From Candidatus Borrarchaeum weybense (GTDB taxonomy: Archaea > Asgardarchaeota > Sifarchaeia > Borrarchaeales > Borrarchaeaceae), in contig JAHQJS010000006.1 of NCBI GenBank assembly GCA_019057385.1, positions 613,038 through 677,037 of the forward strand: a stretch of 64,000 bases of DNA, read 5' to 3'. This document shows positions 27,743 to 37,332 of the stretch, piece by piece; within the stretch, counting starts at the first letter, position 1; the number at the start of each line of letters is the position of its first letter. The notes beneath the pieces were generated by a model. That model was given only the letters and a program-made list of their open reading frames with translations. It was not told where the DNA came from and did no database searches. Made by a program: the position numbers and the translations under genes.

Positions 27743-29461
27743 ATGAAGGCTCTACCACAAACAGGAGGAATTCAAATTTCGTGGATACATGAATTTTTTG
27801 AGAAATATCGTGCCCAAATAACACCCCTCAGTATCACACATTTCAATATCGAGGATTTCCCGCAACTTTTTACTGCAAAAGTAAATGGGAAAACTCTTCC
27901 TGGATATTTTGAATTCGTAATTGAGTATGATATTGGATCGGGGTTATGTCCTTTTGAACCACAAAAAACAGACTCTGAACAACTTACAACAGATGAAGAC
28001 AGCTCTGAACAAATTACAATGACCGACAAACTACGTCAAGAATATGCGAAGTTTATACAGTCAGACGAAGTTTATGAACTACCTGTTGATCCCGTAGAAA
28101 CGCTGAACTTTATCCGCTATTTATTCCGCGAATATAAGGGGCTTTTTGTTCTTTATGATTGCGAAACAATAGCACCTGACAGTTCGGCGGCACACATGAC
28201 GCTACAGGATCGTCAATGTTCGCAACTACTTAAAAATTTAGCATTAGACCACAAAATTCGCAAAAAAGGAAGCGCAATCATAGTGACTGCCGAGAGGCTT
28301 GAGGATATTGCCCAAAAAGTCCGAAAGGTAGCTAATATCATTGAAATTCCGCTTCCTGACGATACATCACGAAAGAAAGTGTTTGAACAAGCAACTGAAA
28401 AAGTCGCTTATAATCCTAAGGACTTGGATCAATGGGTAGTCGGATCGAAAGGTTTGACAATCAAAGAACTTAAGTCGATCATAGTTGAACTTTATCAGAA
28501 AGACACCACAATTATGTTAGGTGACTTCTATGATCAAAAAGCGAAAAAGTTAGAGAAGTACGACATGGTCTCTTTAGAGAATCCAAAGTTCGGATTCGAG
28601 GGCTTAGTTCTACCAGACTACTTAAGTACTTTCCTTAAGACCTTCATAATAAAGCCATATCAACAAGCTATGCAAATTCGTCCAAAAGGGATCTTGTTCA
28701 CAGGACCACCAGGCACAGGGAAATCAGTGTTGGCGGAAGTAATAGCCTACGAACTTAACAGACCGTTGATTACCGTTGACGCAAGTAATTTACTCTCTCA
28801 ATATGTCGGGGAGAGTGAGAAACGGACTGCTCAATTTTTCCGAGTAATCAGACAATTTGGTGAGGCAGTTGTCCTTATTGATGAAGCCGAAGAATTACTC
28901 AGCGAGCGATCTACAGCAGTCAACACTGATAGCGGTGTGACATCCAATTTGAAGGCAACCTTTCTTCATGAAATGGCGAGAGATCATGGAGTATTGTTTA
29001 TACTCAATACTAATTATCCAATGAAACTCGATGCTGCCATGGTTCGTGTGGGCAGAATTAATTACAAAATACCACTTTTGCCACCATTTACCGCTGAAGA
29101 ACGGGCTAAAATACTTCGTGTGGTGTTAGATGTTCAATTAAAAGTCCCATACGATAAGAACATAGATTTTGAAGCAATTGCCGCAACACTTCAGGGATAC
29201 ACAGGCGCAGAATTACGAGAATTAGCAAGTGTAGCATGGGCTATTGCTTGTGTTGAAAATGACAAAGAAAAAACCGAGCAGGAAGATTTTGATGTCGCAA
29301 AAACGGTGTTTCTACCCGATACGCGAAAGATCAAAGAAATGACCGCCGACGCACTTTCAGTAGTGAATGACAAAAGGCTTTTGCCGCCACAACTCCACAA
29401 AGAAAAAGAAAAGAAGGTTCAAGAGTTTCAAGAAGGCACTTGGGATTCACTCTTTCAATAA
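27743..29461 (+). CDS. AAA ATPase, Ycf46/Cdc48-like (degenerate N-terminal plus active C-terminal AAA)
   Basis: GILFTGPPGTGKS, YVGESEK, VLIDEAE, LDAAMVRVGR; true start may be ATT 27776. Confidence 0.88.
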   Translation: MKALPQTGGIQISWIHEFFEKYRAQITPLSITHFNIEDFPQLFTAKVNGKTLPGYFEFVIEYDIGSGLCPFEPQKTDSEQLTTDEDSSEQITMTDKLRQEYAKFIQSDEVYELPVDPVETLNFIRYLFREYKGLFVLYDCETIAPDSSAAHMTLQDRQCSQLLKNLALDHKIRKKGSAIIVTAERLEDIAQKVRKVANIIEIPLPDDTSRKKVFEQATEKVAYNPKDLDQWVVGSKGLTIKELKSIIVELYQKDTTIMLGDFYDQKAKKLEKYDMVSLENPKFGFEGLVLPDYLSTFLKTFIIKPYQQAMQIRPKGILFTGPPGTGKSVLAEVIAYELNRPLITVDASNLLSQYVGESEKRTAQFFRVIRQFGEAVVLIDEAEELLSERSTAVNTDSGVTSNLKATFLHEMARDHGVLFILNTNYPMKLDAAMVRVGRINYKIPLLPPFTAEERAKILRVVLDVQLKVPYDKNIDFEAIAATLQGYTGAELRELASVAWAIACVENDKEKTEQEDFDVAKTVFLPDTRKIKEMTADALSVVNDKRLLPPQLHKEKEKKVQEFQEGTWDSLFQ

Positions 29462-29558
29462 TTTCCTCTTTTTTTTCTTTATCACTACTTAGGTAATTGT
29501 GTTCATTTTTAGAGGGGCTTCTTCTCCAGGAAGCTACTAACTTTAATGAGGAAAAAAG

Positions 29559-30059
29559 TTGAGTAAATATCTCGAAGTAAAAACTCAATTCAAAAGTATG
29601 GCACATCTTATCGAGGCATTAACATCAATCTATGGCTACGGTACAGTCAAAGCGGGTAAAAATTTACCTCTCAAGGATTATCTTGGCAATATACGACCAG
29701 AAAAGGCAGATATCGTAGTACCAAGACGCTTCATTCATCCAGCGTCAAACGATCTTGGATTCAAGAAAAATGAAAACGGTGTTTATACCATGATTATCTC
29801 AGAATTTGACGAAGTAGTAGCATCAATGACTCCCCAAAGACTCGCTAATGAACTTAATTTGTATGGTCCGCCATATTCGACTCAATGCAAAGGAATTCCG
29901 AATACTGAGATAAAGAAACAATACAATCTCAGTTTTATCAGAGACTTTGCCAAGAAAAACCGTTGGAATCTGTCATTGACAGACAAAGAAACTCATTTTG
30001 AAGTTCGTTTGAAACGAAGAGTGACTGTTTCCGCAAAAGCAAGGAGGTCTGCCAGATGA
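29559..30059 (+). CDS. DUF1257 (Ycf35)-like protein
   Basis: MSKYLEVKTQFK...LIEAL...ADIVV...NDLGFKKNENGVY; follows a Ycf46-like ATPase. Confidence 0.75.
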   Translation: MSKYLEVKTQFKSMAHLIEALTSIYGYGTVKAGKNLPLKDYLGNIRPEKADIVVPRRFIHPASNDLGFKKNENGVYTMIISEFDEVVASMTPQRLANELNLYGPPYSTQCKGIPNTEIKKQYNLSFIRDFAKKNRWNLSLTDKETHFEVRLKRRVTVSAKARRSAR

Positions 30060-30262
30060 CACAAGAAGAGCAGATCTTCTTCAAAATCGACAAAAAGACA
30101 GGTAACTTGACAATCGAAGGCAAAGGATTCGAAGGACCGATCTGTGAAGACGTTTTAAAGTCATTTGAAGAGTTAGGAGAGATAACACATGACAAAAGAA
30201 CACCAGAGTACTATAAAAAACCTCGACAAGTCCAAACAACCCGCCAACGACTTAGACATTAA
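30056..30262 (+). CDS. DUF2997-like protein
   Basis: GKGFEGPIC...EELG...TPEYY. Confidence 0.75.
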   Translation: MTQEEQIFFKIDKKTGNLTIEGKGFEGPICEDVLKSFEELGEITHDKRTPEYYKKPRQVQTTRQRLRH

Positions 30263-30448
30263 AATAAAAACAATAATTCGCATTGAGGACGATGGAACAG
30301 TCATTTTTTGCGATATTCCAACTGAGTTAATCCCTTTAGCCTTAGCATTGCGGGGCGATTAATTTCTCTTTTTTTTCTTATTATTTAGGTAATTCGTTAG
30401 GATGGAGCTTCTTCGTTGAGAGGCTACCAACTTCAGGAGAAAACCAAG

Positions 30449-31591
30449 ATGTCAGATACGAAAAACATTTCCATTTCTGTTAATGAAATGGATGTTCTTC
30501 TGAATGGTCAACGAATAGATCTTCATATCTCGTCAGGAGATATGTTTAGTCAATCTAAGTTGAATAAATTGCTCTACAAAGGATATAAAAGGCTTTCATC
30601 AACAATGGTGAAAACTTATACAAACGGCGATACTCTCACGCTTGATTCAATCAAGACAAAAGCACATGAACTAAGGCAGAAATACTGTTTCAGGTTATTT
30701 GAAAACAGCGTTGAAGACAACAGAGGGGCTGTATATTTTTGTCCCGAGTCTCTGACCGAAAAGTTGCGCAAAGACCTACGGGAACTCAAAAAGGAATATA
30801 AAAAGACACTTGAGTTTATTGGCAAAATCAGAGATACTTTGAATGAAGAAATCTTTAGTTTTTACAGTGAGCATTGTATTTATTGCGGGCGACCTGTGAA
30901 AGAAGAAAAGGCGGGAAAGATCATAAAATTGCGATGCACAGGCGATGATTCGCATATATTCACTAAAAAACTCATGGATCATTGGTTAGAACAAAATAAG
31001 TCGGTGATAGAAGTACCCTCGTTAGAGGAGATTAAAGCGCGAAAGAGATTTTATTATCGCTTCAGCAAATATTTTTTCCCCACTGAAGAACTCACTGACA
31101 ACTTAGTTGATACACAACTTAAACAGCAAAAGCAAAAAATGTATCAGGCAGAATTATCTACATGCAAGTCTGCAATAAAAAAACAGTTATGGCAAAAGAT
31201 GAAGTTAATCCTTGAATACATAGATGATCGGCTTTCAAAAAGAGAAAAACTTCGTGCAGACCAACTTGATAAAATCAAGAATGATTTAGATGCATTAGAA
31301 GAACTAAATAAAAGCACCTTCAAAATTCCTCAGATTTCTAATTCTATAGACAATCTCAATGCACAGATTGCAGACAAAGAAGCTGCACTGAAAGTTTTGA
31401 CAAACATCTCGAAGAACATCGAAAAGAAAATCAAAGAAGCTGAAGAAAATGAAAATATTGCGATGGATCTAATAGACAAATTAGAGGACATCGACATAGA
31501 AATTGGTACAGAAACGCTTGAACTAGAACAAAAAGAAGCAGTTGAAATTGAACTTGGTGACCAGAAAGAAGAGATTTTTTCTACAAATTAG
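30449..31591 (+). CDS. Coiled-coil protein with zinc-ribbon insert (possibly DUF3150-like)
   Basis: GAVYFCPE, CIYC...C..H; start revised to the ATG after AGGAG. Confidence 0.7.
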   Translation: MSDTKNISISVNEMDVLLNGQRIDLHISSGDMFSQSKLNKLLYKGYKRLSSTMVKTYTNGDTLTLDSIKTKAHELRQKYCFRLFENSVEDNRGAVYFCPESLTEKLRKDLRELKKEYKKTLEFIGKIRDTLNEEIFSFYSEHCIYCGRPVKEEKAGKIIKLRCTGDDSHIFTKKLMDHWLEQNKSVIEVPSLEEIKARKRFYYRFSKYFFPTEELTDNLVDTQLKQQKQKMYQAELSTCKSAIKKQLWQKMKLILEYIDDRLSKREKLRADQLDKIKNDLDALEELNKSTFKIPQISNSIDNLNAQIADKEAALKVLTNISKNIEKKIKEAEENENIAMDLIDKLEDIDIEIGTETLELEQKEAVEIELGDQKEEIFSTN

Positions 31592-31682
31592 TTTAAATCA
31601 AATCTTAGTACCTAGGTACTAAGAAATATTTTTCAATTTTTTATTTTTATGTGGGGCTTCATGGCTCAGGGGTGAACAAACT

Positions 31683-31880
31683 ATGCCTATAGATTCATGG
31701 CAAGAGTTCATTGAAACGATCAAAGGGCTTCTAATTGGTTGCGGTATAGATATTATTATTGTGTCTTTCTATATTCCAGAAGTCCGCAATGATCTCAATT
31801 ATTGGGTTCTCACACCAATACTCATCATCTTAGACTTTCTTGTGCGCTTTGTGAGAACCTTTTTTATTTTTTTATTATGA
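31683..31880 (+). CDS. Small two-TM protein
   Basis: Leader motif and GGGGTG RBS; hydrophobic. Confidence 0.7.
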   Translation: MPIDSWQEFIETIKGLLIGCGIDIIIVSFYIPEVRNDLNYWVLTPILIILDFLVRFVRTFFIFLL

Positions 31881-31930
31881 GGGGCTTCTTCTCCAGGAAG
31901 AACGCTACCAACTTTTTGTGAGGGATTAAT

Positions 31931-32221
31931 ATAAGACAACGAAAAAAGATTCAACTTCTGAGGGTCTCTCCAGTCACACGAATGAGACTTGTCAAAAAGT
32001 TCTTGAGAGAAAACGCGCCTACCGCGTTCACAGCACAAGAGTTAGCAATGGAGTTCAATGTTTCCGTGTCGCTAATGAGGAATATTTTAGTTCCACTTTT
32101 CATGGATAACGATGAAATCGAACGCTTAAGTGAGAAACGCTTTTACAAGTATAAATGCGTTGAAAAAACGACAGAAGGACAAGAACCCGAAACACAAGAA
32201 GAAGTAATCACGACTACTTAA
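31931..32221 (+). CDS. Small winged-helix protein (probable ATA start; ATG at 31982)
   Basis: FTAQELAMEFNVSVSLMRNIL; stop codon lies inside TACTTAAGTA. Confidence 0.7.
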   Translation: MRQRKKIQLLRVSPVTRMRLVKKFLRENAPTAFTAQELAMEFNVSVSLMRNILVPLFMDNDEIERLSEKRFYKYKCVEKTTEGQEPETQEEVITTT

Positions 32222-32547
32222 GTACTGACGTAAGTTCCACCCGAAAGATAAGTTCGTGTGGAAATAGACGTATATCTTTTAGCACGTTCGCAGAAATAAT
32301 ATTCTCCTTAGTTTTTATGGGCGAGTGGACTCATACCTAACTCCCTATTATTTCGACTGGAGACCTATTTTTTAGGTTTTGTGTATTACTTTTTAAGTAT
32401 CAAGAACTAATCCCTTATTTTTTCTTTTTCTCATCGGTTGTTAATTGCATTTTGGGAGATCGTAGAGGAGAGAGGAGATAAGAGAGTAAAATAAGTGAGG
32501 GGCTTTTCCCATTGTGGGATTGGCTACTAAAATCAGGAGGAAACGCT

Positions 32548-32838
32548 ATGGCAACACAAATTGAAGTTCCAAAATCCATGAATATATGGATGCGTATAGA
32601 CGTTGCGTGTTGTGCAGACTTAACGAAAGAAGAAAACAAGTGTGCAATGTGCGGAGAATCTGATAAACGTCTCGCGGTGTTCGAGTTTAGGACAACGAGG
32701 CATCATGGACACATTGACGACAAAGGATCTTCCTGGAATATTCCTTCGAGGGGCTTAATCTGTGAAGGATGTTCTAACGAGATCGAAATAGAGATCGTAC
32801 AAGTGCTCAAGAAGTATCTGTGGCAAAAGGAGGACTAA
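32548..32838 (+). CDS. Zinc-finger protein
   Basis: CAMC...ICEGC; AGGAGG RBS. Confidence 0.7.
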   Translation: MATQIEVPKSMNIWMRIDVACCADLTKEENKCAMCGESDKRLAVFEFRTTRHHGHIDDKGSSWNIPSRGLICEGCSNEIEIEIVQVLKKYLWQKED

Positions 32839-33389
32839 CATTGCCGATGATGAGTTTTACTGAATACAAGTTGCTACCAAATCTACTGCTGAGAACGAAA
32901 TGTCAAACCATTCGACCAGAACGACTGAAATGGGACTTACATGTGGGTGACTTGGTCCATAATTACTGGGAGGTACGTCGCTCACTTGAAACAAAAATAA
33001 TTGCCGGGATTCCACACTTCTTAGGATTCTCACAGATTACATCGTTGTCCAAAAAACGAATTAAAGACATGGATGATGAAATAGCGAAGAAAGATGGCTT
33101 CAGTTCTTACAATGAGATGATAGAGTGGTTTACAAACAAGTACAAAAGAAGGTTTGGCGAACTCTACTTATTAGACATCCCTTTTCAGATTATTGAGTTC
33201 GACTGGTTACACGTCTTCATACCTGAATGGCAACACTATACGAGAGAAAAAATCTGGGAACTAAGACGCAAACACGTCAAGAAGAATAAGAAAGGCGGAG
33301 GCTACGTCTTTGTAGAAGAACCTACGCTGGAGGTCAAGATCAACAAAAGACCCACGCCATATAGCGGCGGCTACCCCATTCCGTTTTAA
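32820..33389 (+). CDS. ASCH (PUA-like) domain protein
   Basis: KCQTIR...VGD...IAKKDGFSSYNEMIEWF. Confidence 0.8.
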   Translation: MAKGGLTLPMMSFTEYKLLPNLLLRTKCQTIRPERLKWDLHVGDLVHNYWEVRRSLETKIIAGIPHFLGFSQITSLSKKRIKDMDDEIAKKDGFSSYNEMIEWFTNKYKRRFGELYLLDIPFQIIEFDWLHVFIPEWQHYTREKIWELRRKHVKKNKKGGGYVFVEEPTLEVKINKRPTPYSGGYPIPF

Positions 33390-33402
33390 AGTGGTGAACA
33401 CA

Positions 33403-33564
33403 ATGCGACAAAGACGAATAACCGAACTATATGCCACCCCTATCCAAGTAAAAGAACCATGCCCCATTTGTGGGGGTCGATTCATACCTGGATTTGCAAT
33501 GTGGTGGCCTCATACCCCACAAATACTGATTTGTACCTCGTGTTGTTTCATAAAGAACCTATAA
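33403..33564 (+). CDS. 53-aa zinc-ribbon protein
   Basis: GGTGA RBS; CPICGG...CTSC. Confidence 0.6.
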   Translation: MRQRRITELYATPIQVKEPCPICGGRFIPGFAMWWPHTPQILICTSCCFIKNL

Positions 33565-33676
33565 TCCCTTTTTTTATTTTTTAATGAATATTCGTGACTA
33601 CTTAGGTAATTTCGTTCATTTTTAGAGGGGCTTCTTCTCCAGGAAGCTACTAATTTTCCCAGGAGGAAAATACACG

Positions 33677-35488
33677 GTGACTAAGATAAACGAGTCATTT
33701 AGACAAACGATTCGTAGGGCTATAAAAATAAAAATAGAGACAGAGAAAATCGACAAAGAAGAAGGCTTACCACAGACATTTGACAAAGTGCCTTACAAGT
33801 TCTTAAATGCGCTTTTAGACCTAAAACTGCCACCAGACCGACCTTTCATCTGGAAAGAAAACGAATCGAATTTACATTTGTACCCTTTCTTATTTGAGAA
33901 AGGACAGTTATCCATTGCTGGCCTTCGATGTCTGACGCTTATTGATGAATACATGAACTGTAAGACCGTACAGAAACCTAAAAAACTCAGAACTATTAAA
34001 ACAAGTCTTTTTTATAATATGTTCAAACCACTACTAAGTAGATTTGGACTGCTAACACCAAAACGGCTGACTACGAAGTGGACAGAAAATCAGTACAGTG
34101 CTGTGACGGGTACACTGAGCCAATTAGTTATGCTTGGTGCTTTAGGGATCAACTATGATGACATGATGATTAATAAGGACACCGACGTTAAATACCGCCT
34201 AGACTATCCTATATTTCGAGAGAAATACAAGGATAACGTAGTAAAGTACACTAAATTAACGGGGAGAAATTTTTGTGTGCTTACACCAGAGCACCTACAG
34301 AAGCCTTCGACACGGCAACCATTCAAAATACCAATAGTCTTCCTAGAAAAACGCGGTCAGTATGAAAACGCAATCAGCATAAGCAATCTATTCTCAGTCA
34401 GCATGTTTGCTACCAAAGGCATGTCACCGACCACTTTCCTGTGTCATCTTAATGAATACTTAGATGACCAGTATGACCATGTGCTGTTAGTAATTAGTGA
34501 CTACGACCCCAGTGGTGAAAAAGACATACCAAATTCATTGAAAAAACGCGCTGAAATTCTTGAAATGCCTATCAGTGAAGTTAAAAGGATAGGTATTTTC
34601 AGAGATCAAATAAGCGATAAAGAATATCTGGAAAAGAGAGTTCTTATACCTCTCTCAAAGAAAAAATGGATAGAAGAAAAAGCCATTGAGACTGAAGAAA
34701 TTGTTGAAAATAAGAAAACACATCTCTATGGGTACGGACTTCAAATGGATGCACTAGGCGAAGAACGGTTGCGGAAAATAGCAGCCGAAGGAGTACAAGA
34801 ATATTTATCACAGGAACTATATGTAGACTTCATTAAACAACAACAAAGAGATGAATTTAATGCATGGGAAGTTGTAAGTGGCATCGCAACATATATTTAC
34901 AACGTCGATCCTGTCATAGTTAATTTTGAAAGACAAATCACAGGAATCAAACACAGAATCTACAATCTGACAGACGAAAAAGATGAGAAGACATTAGATA
35001 TTAGATTAGCAGTGGAGAGCATAGAAGACGAACTACAACGACTTAAAGATGATTATTACTCAAAAATAGAACGTCTTAATGAACTTGCAGATGAAAGAAC
35101 TGCTGATTTAACTGTAGACATAGAAGTGCTGCGTGAAAAGAAACAAGAAAGAGTAGTGATGTCTGAAGAACATAAATACGACCTACAGGAACGTCTAAAA
35201 ATGATTGTAAAAACGCTTGCAAATATAGACGGGTATGATGACCGTATATGTGTAAAATCTATGGTAGAACAGGCTGTCAAAGACAATGAAACATTTAATC
35301 ATGGTCTTAAAATCGTAGACTTATATCCAAAACTAAAAAGTGACATTTCCAGAGACTTCAATCATCCTAACATCTGTCCATTTTGTAATACCGTATCTAA
35401 CTGTTATCTTGTGATAGACGGAAAACAAATACGGTATTGTGAAGACTGTGATACTGAAATCATAAAACTTAGTGATCTGTTAGCCTAA
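33677..35488 (+). CDS. Topo VI-A/JetD-like TOPRIM protein with coiled coil and C-terminal zinc ribbon
   Basis: VFLEK, TKG, SDYDPSG, KRIGI, QMDAL; CPFC...CEDC. Confidence 0.78.
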   Translation: MTKINESFRQTIRRAIKIKIETEKIDKEEGLPQTFDKVPYKFLNALLDLKLPPDRPFIWKENESNLHLYPFLFEKGQLSIAGLRCLTLIDEYMNCKTVQKPKKLRTIKTSLFYNMFKPLLSRFGLLTPKRLTTKWTENQYSAVTGTLSQLVMLGALGINYDDMMINKDTDVKYRLDYPIFREKYKDNVVKYTKLTGRNFCVLTPEHLQKPSTRQPFKIPIVFLEKRGQYENAISISNLFSVSMFATKGMSPTTFLCHLNEYLDDQYDHVLLVISDYDPSGEKDIPNSLKKRAEILEMPISEVKRIGIFRDQISDKEYLEKRVLIPLSKKKWIEEKAIETEEIVENKKTHLYGYGLQMDALGEERLRKIAAEGVQEYLSQELYVDFIKQQQRDEFNAWEVVSGIATYIYNVDPVIVNFERQITGIKHRIYNLTDEKDEKTLDIRLAVESIEDELQRLKDDYYSKIERLNELADERTADLTVDIEVLREKKQERVVMSEEHKYDLQERLKMIVKTLANIDGYDDRICVKSMVEQAVKDNETFNHGLKIVDLYPKLKSDISRDFNHPNICPFCNTVSNCYLVIDGKQIRYCEDCDTEIIKLSDLLA

Positions 35489-35624
35489 GTACACAGATCA
35501 CATTTTGTATTTCCTTCTTTTTTTCCATATCTAACTACCTAAGTATTTTTGATTATTTTTGGAGGGGCTTATCTCCTGCTCTACAATTACAGGAGAAGGT
35601 CACTAATCTCCCAGGAGGAATACT

Positions 35625-35987
35625 ATGATCGTATGTGATGGCTGTGATGGCGAAATAGACATCACAGTTGAAAGATTCGTAGAAGAACTACAACCTACAG
35701 GCGAAGGAGAAAAAATGTGGCATGACCATTGTTATATCAAAGTTAAACCGAAAGCAAAACGAGGTAATATCATGCTTGTCAGAGATTATAGATTAAAATG
35801 GAGACAAATAGAACTTTGTACCAAAGAAAAGGAAGGATACTTCCCTTTATGGGCATCTCCTACACTTATGGGTATTGCAAAGCGATTACATAAATTAGCA
35901 GGATATACATGGCTAACAACTGAAAAATTTATAGAAACTGCGCTAATAGAAGGCTTGACATATTTCAAAAATAAATATGCTCAATAA
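35625..35987 (+). CDS. Zinc-binding protein
   Basis: CDGC...HDHC; leader motif and RBS. Confidence 0.7.
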   Translation: MIVCDGCDGEIDITVERFVEELQPTGEGEKMWHDHCYIKVKPKAKRGNIMLVRDYRLKWRQIELCTKEKEGYFPLWASPTLMGIAKRLHKLAGYTWLTTEKFIETALIEGLTYFKNKYAQ

Positions 35988-36134
35988 AACTTTCTTCTTT
36001 CATCAATAGAAGTCAAATTGACTTCTACTATGAAATCCTCAATTTTTTTTAGTGGATGTTCGTAAGTACCTAAGTAGTCGGAAAGCAATTGAGTTTTTAA
36101 AGTAAAAGAAAATATTAGTATACGGTGAGTCTCT

Positions 36135-36404
36135 ATGGAATTTGGATTTATTGTAGGTCTGTCTTATGCCGCTAAATACGTGCTAAAATATGCAATAACC
36201 AATCTTTTAAATACAGGCTTCAAAAGAAGAAATATTAAGCGCATATCTAGATTGAGTGACAAGAAAGTCTCAAAAGCTCTACAGAAATTAAAAGAGTATG
36301 GTCTAATCACATATGATCGCGGAACAAAAGAATGGTATCTTAGTGACACTGTAAGAATTGGTTCCGATATAATTCTCTCTAAACTTGTGGATATCACTCT
36401 TTAA
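36135..36404 (+). CDS. Winged-helix protein
   Basis: RLSDKKVSKALQKLKEYGLI; flanked by two TACCTAAGTA sites. Confidence 0.75.
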   Translation: MEFGFIVGLSYAAKYVLKYAITNLLNTGFKRRNIKRISRLSDKKVSKALQKLKEYGLITYDRGTKEWYLSDTVRIGSDIILSKLVDITL

Positions 36405-36489
36405 AACGAGAGCAGTGTTCCACGCTTTCCACTATCATTCAAAAGTACCTAAGTAGTCAGGAATAAAGTTTTAAAAAAATGAAGTGGAG

Positions 36490-37326
36490 TTAGGTATAAT
36501 CTCCTAAATTAACGAGTGTTTTTGATTTTCCCTGAAGGATTGAAAGTACTGTTTCTATGATTTCTGTGTCTTTGTAGGATTTCTTGACATATCTGTTAAA
36601 AACCGACGCCACTACTCTTGGATCTAACTCAAAGAAATACTCCACAAATGCCGTAAAGTATTTCCTTTCGGCATTACGATATCCTGAAATTCCAAATTCC
36701 TCAGCAAATTCTAACCATACTTGGCGGCCACTAAGCTTGTATTTGACGGCATACGTCCTAATGAGATTCTGAATTATGTAAGTATGCTGCGAGGTGAATT
36801 TTTGCTCGCCTTTGAGGTATTCAATCTGCTGATCGAGTTTCTTTTGAGTCTCTTGAATCTGAACAAACATGGTGCTAAACTTCTGTAAAAGAGGATTGCC
36901 TTTTAAAACCGCAGCGATATTCTCCGTAACTTGTGTGAGAACCTGGTTCTGTAGTTTGGTTACATCGTCTTGTGTTATTATCCTATGTTCACCAGTTCTA
37001 ACTTTGCTGATGTGTTCCATAATCCTGTTCATTTCAGTATTGTTCTTCAAAGCACGTACATAGAGCCTTAGTTGGTCAAGTGCTTCTGGAACTTTCAAAA
37101 ATAAACGTCTACGCCCTACTGAATTTTTCTTACTTTTCAAGAATTTTTTTATAAAAGGTGCGAAGATTTTCTTCTTTTTGTATAAATGGTTGGTGATTGT
37201 TTTATAGGGTACATTGGTATGGTACGCTATGGTTTCTAAACACCAAAACTCACCTTCAGGAGTCTGTATGCGTTTGTATTTCTTCCCATCAAGATCAAGG
37301 ATTTCTACTTTCTTTACTTCGTCCAT
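36490..37326 (-). CDS. Antirepressor-like protein (ORF6C-like C-terminus)
   Basis: N-terminal DNA-binding-like region, coiled coil, VWLEFAEEFGISGYRNAERKYF. Confidence 0.6.
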   Translation of the reverse strand: MDEVKKVEILDLDGKKYKRIQTPEGEFWCLETIAYHTNVPYKTITNHLYKKKKIFAPFIKKFLKSKKNSVGRRRLFLKVPEALDQLRLYVRALKNNTEMNRIMEHISKVRTGEHRIITQDDVTKLQNQVLTQVTENIAAVLKGNPLLQKFSTMFVQIQETQKKLDQQIEYLKGEQKFTSQHTYIIQNLIRTYAVKYKLSGRQVWLEFAEEFGISGYRNAERKYFTAFVEYFFELDPRVVASVFNRYVKKSYKDTEIIETVLSILQGKSKTLVNLGDYT

Positions 37327-37332
37327 ATATGG

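Larger units (their letters stand above)
29484..33653 (+). repeat. 57-bp direct repeat (29484-29540 / 33597-33653) comprising palindrome plus leader hairpin
   Basis: ACTACTTAGGTAATT..GTTCATTTTTAGAGGGGCTTCTTCTCCAGGAAGCTACTAA, 55/57 identical. Confidence 0.9.
20528..35570 (+). repeat. Conserved GGRGCT leader-hairpin motif, 20 copies, mostly just before an RBS
   Basis: Starts 20528,20625,20979,21276,23077,23368,23666,24209,24840,25856,26206,26686,27731,29514,30404,31653,31881,32499,33627,35564; most followed by GGCTC/AGCT and GGAG/GGTG. Confidence 0.9.

Noticed and set aside
20523-35600. CRISPR array or mini-array reading of the repeated leaders
   Set aside because: Repeats are short, variable and separated by whole genes, not by constant-length spacers; no cas genes seen.
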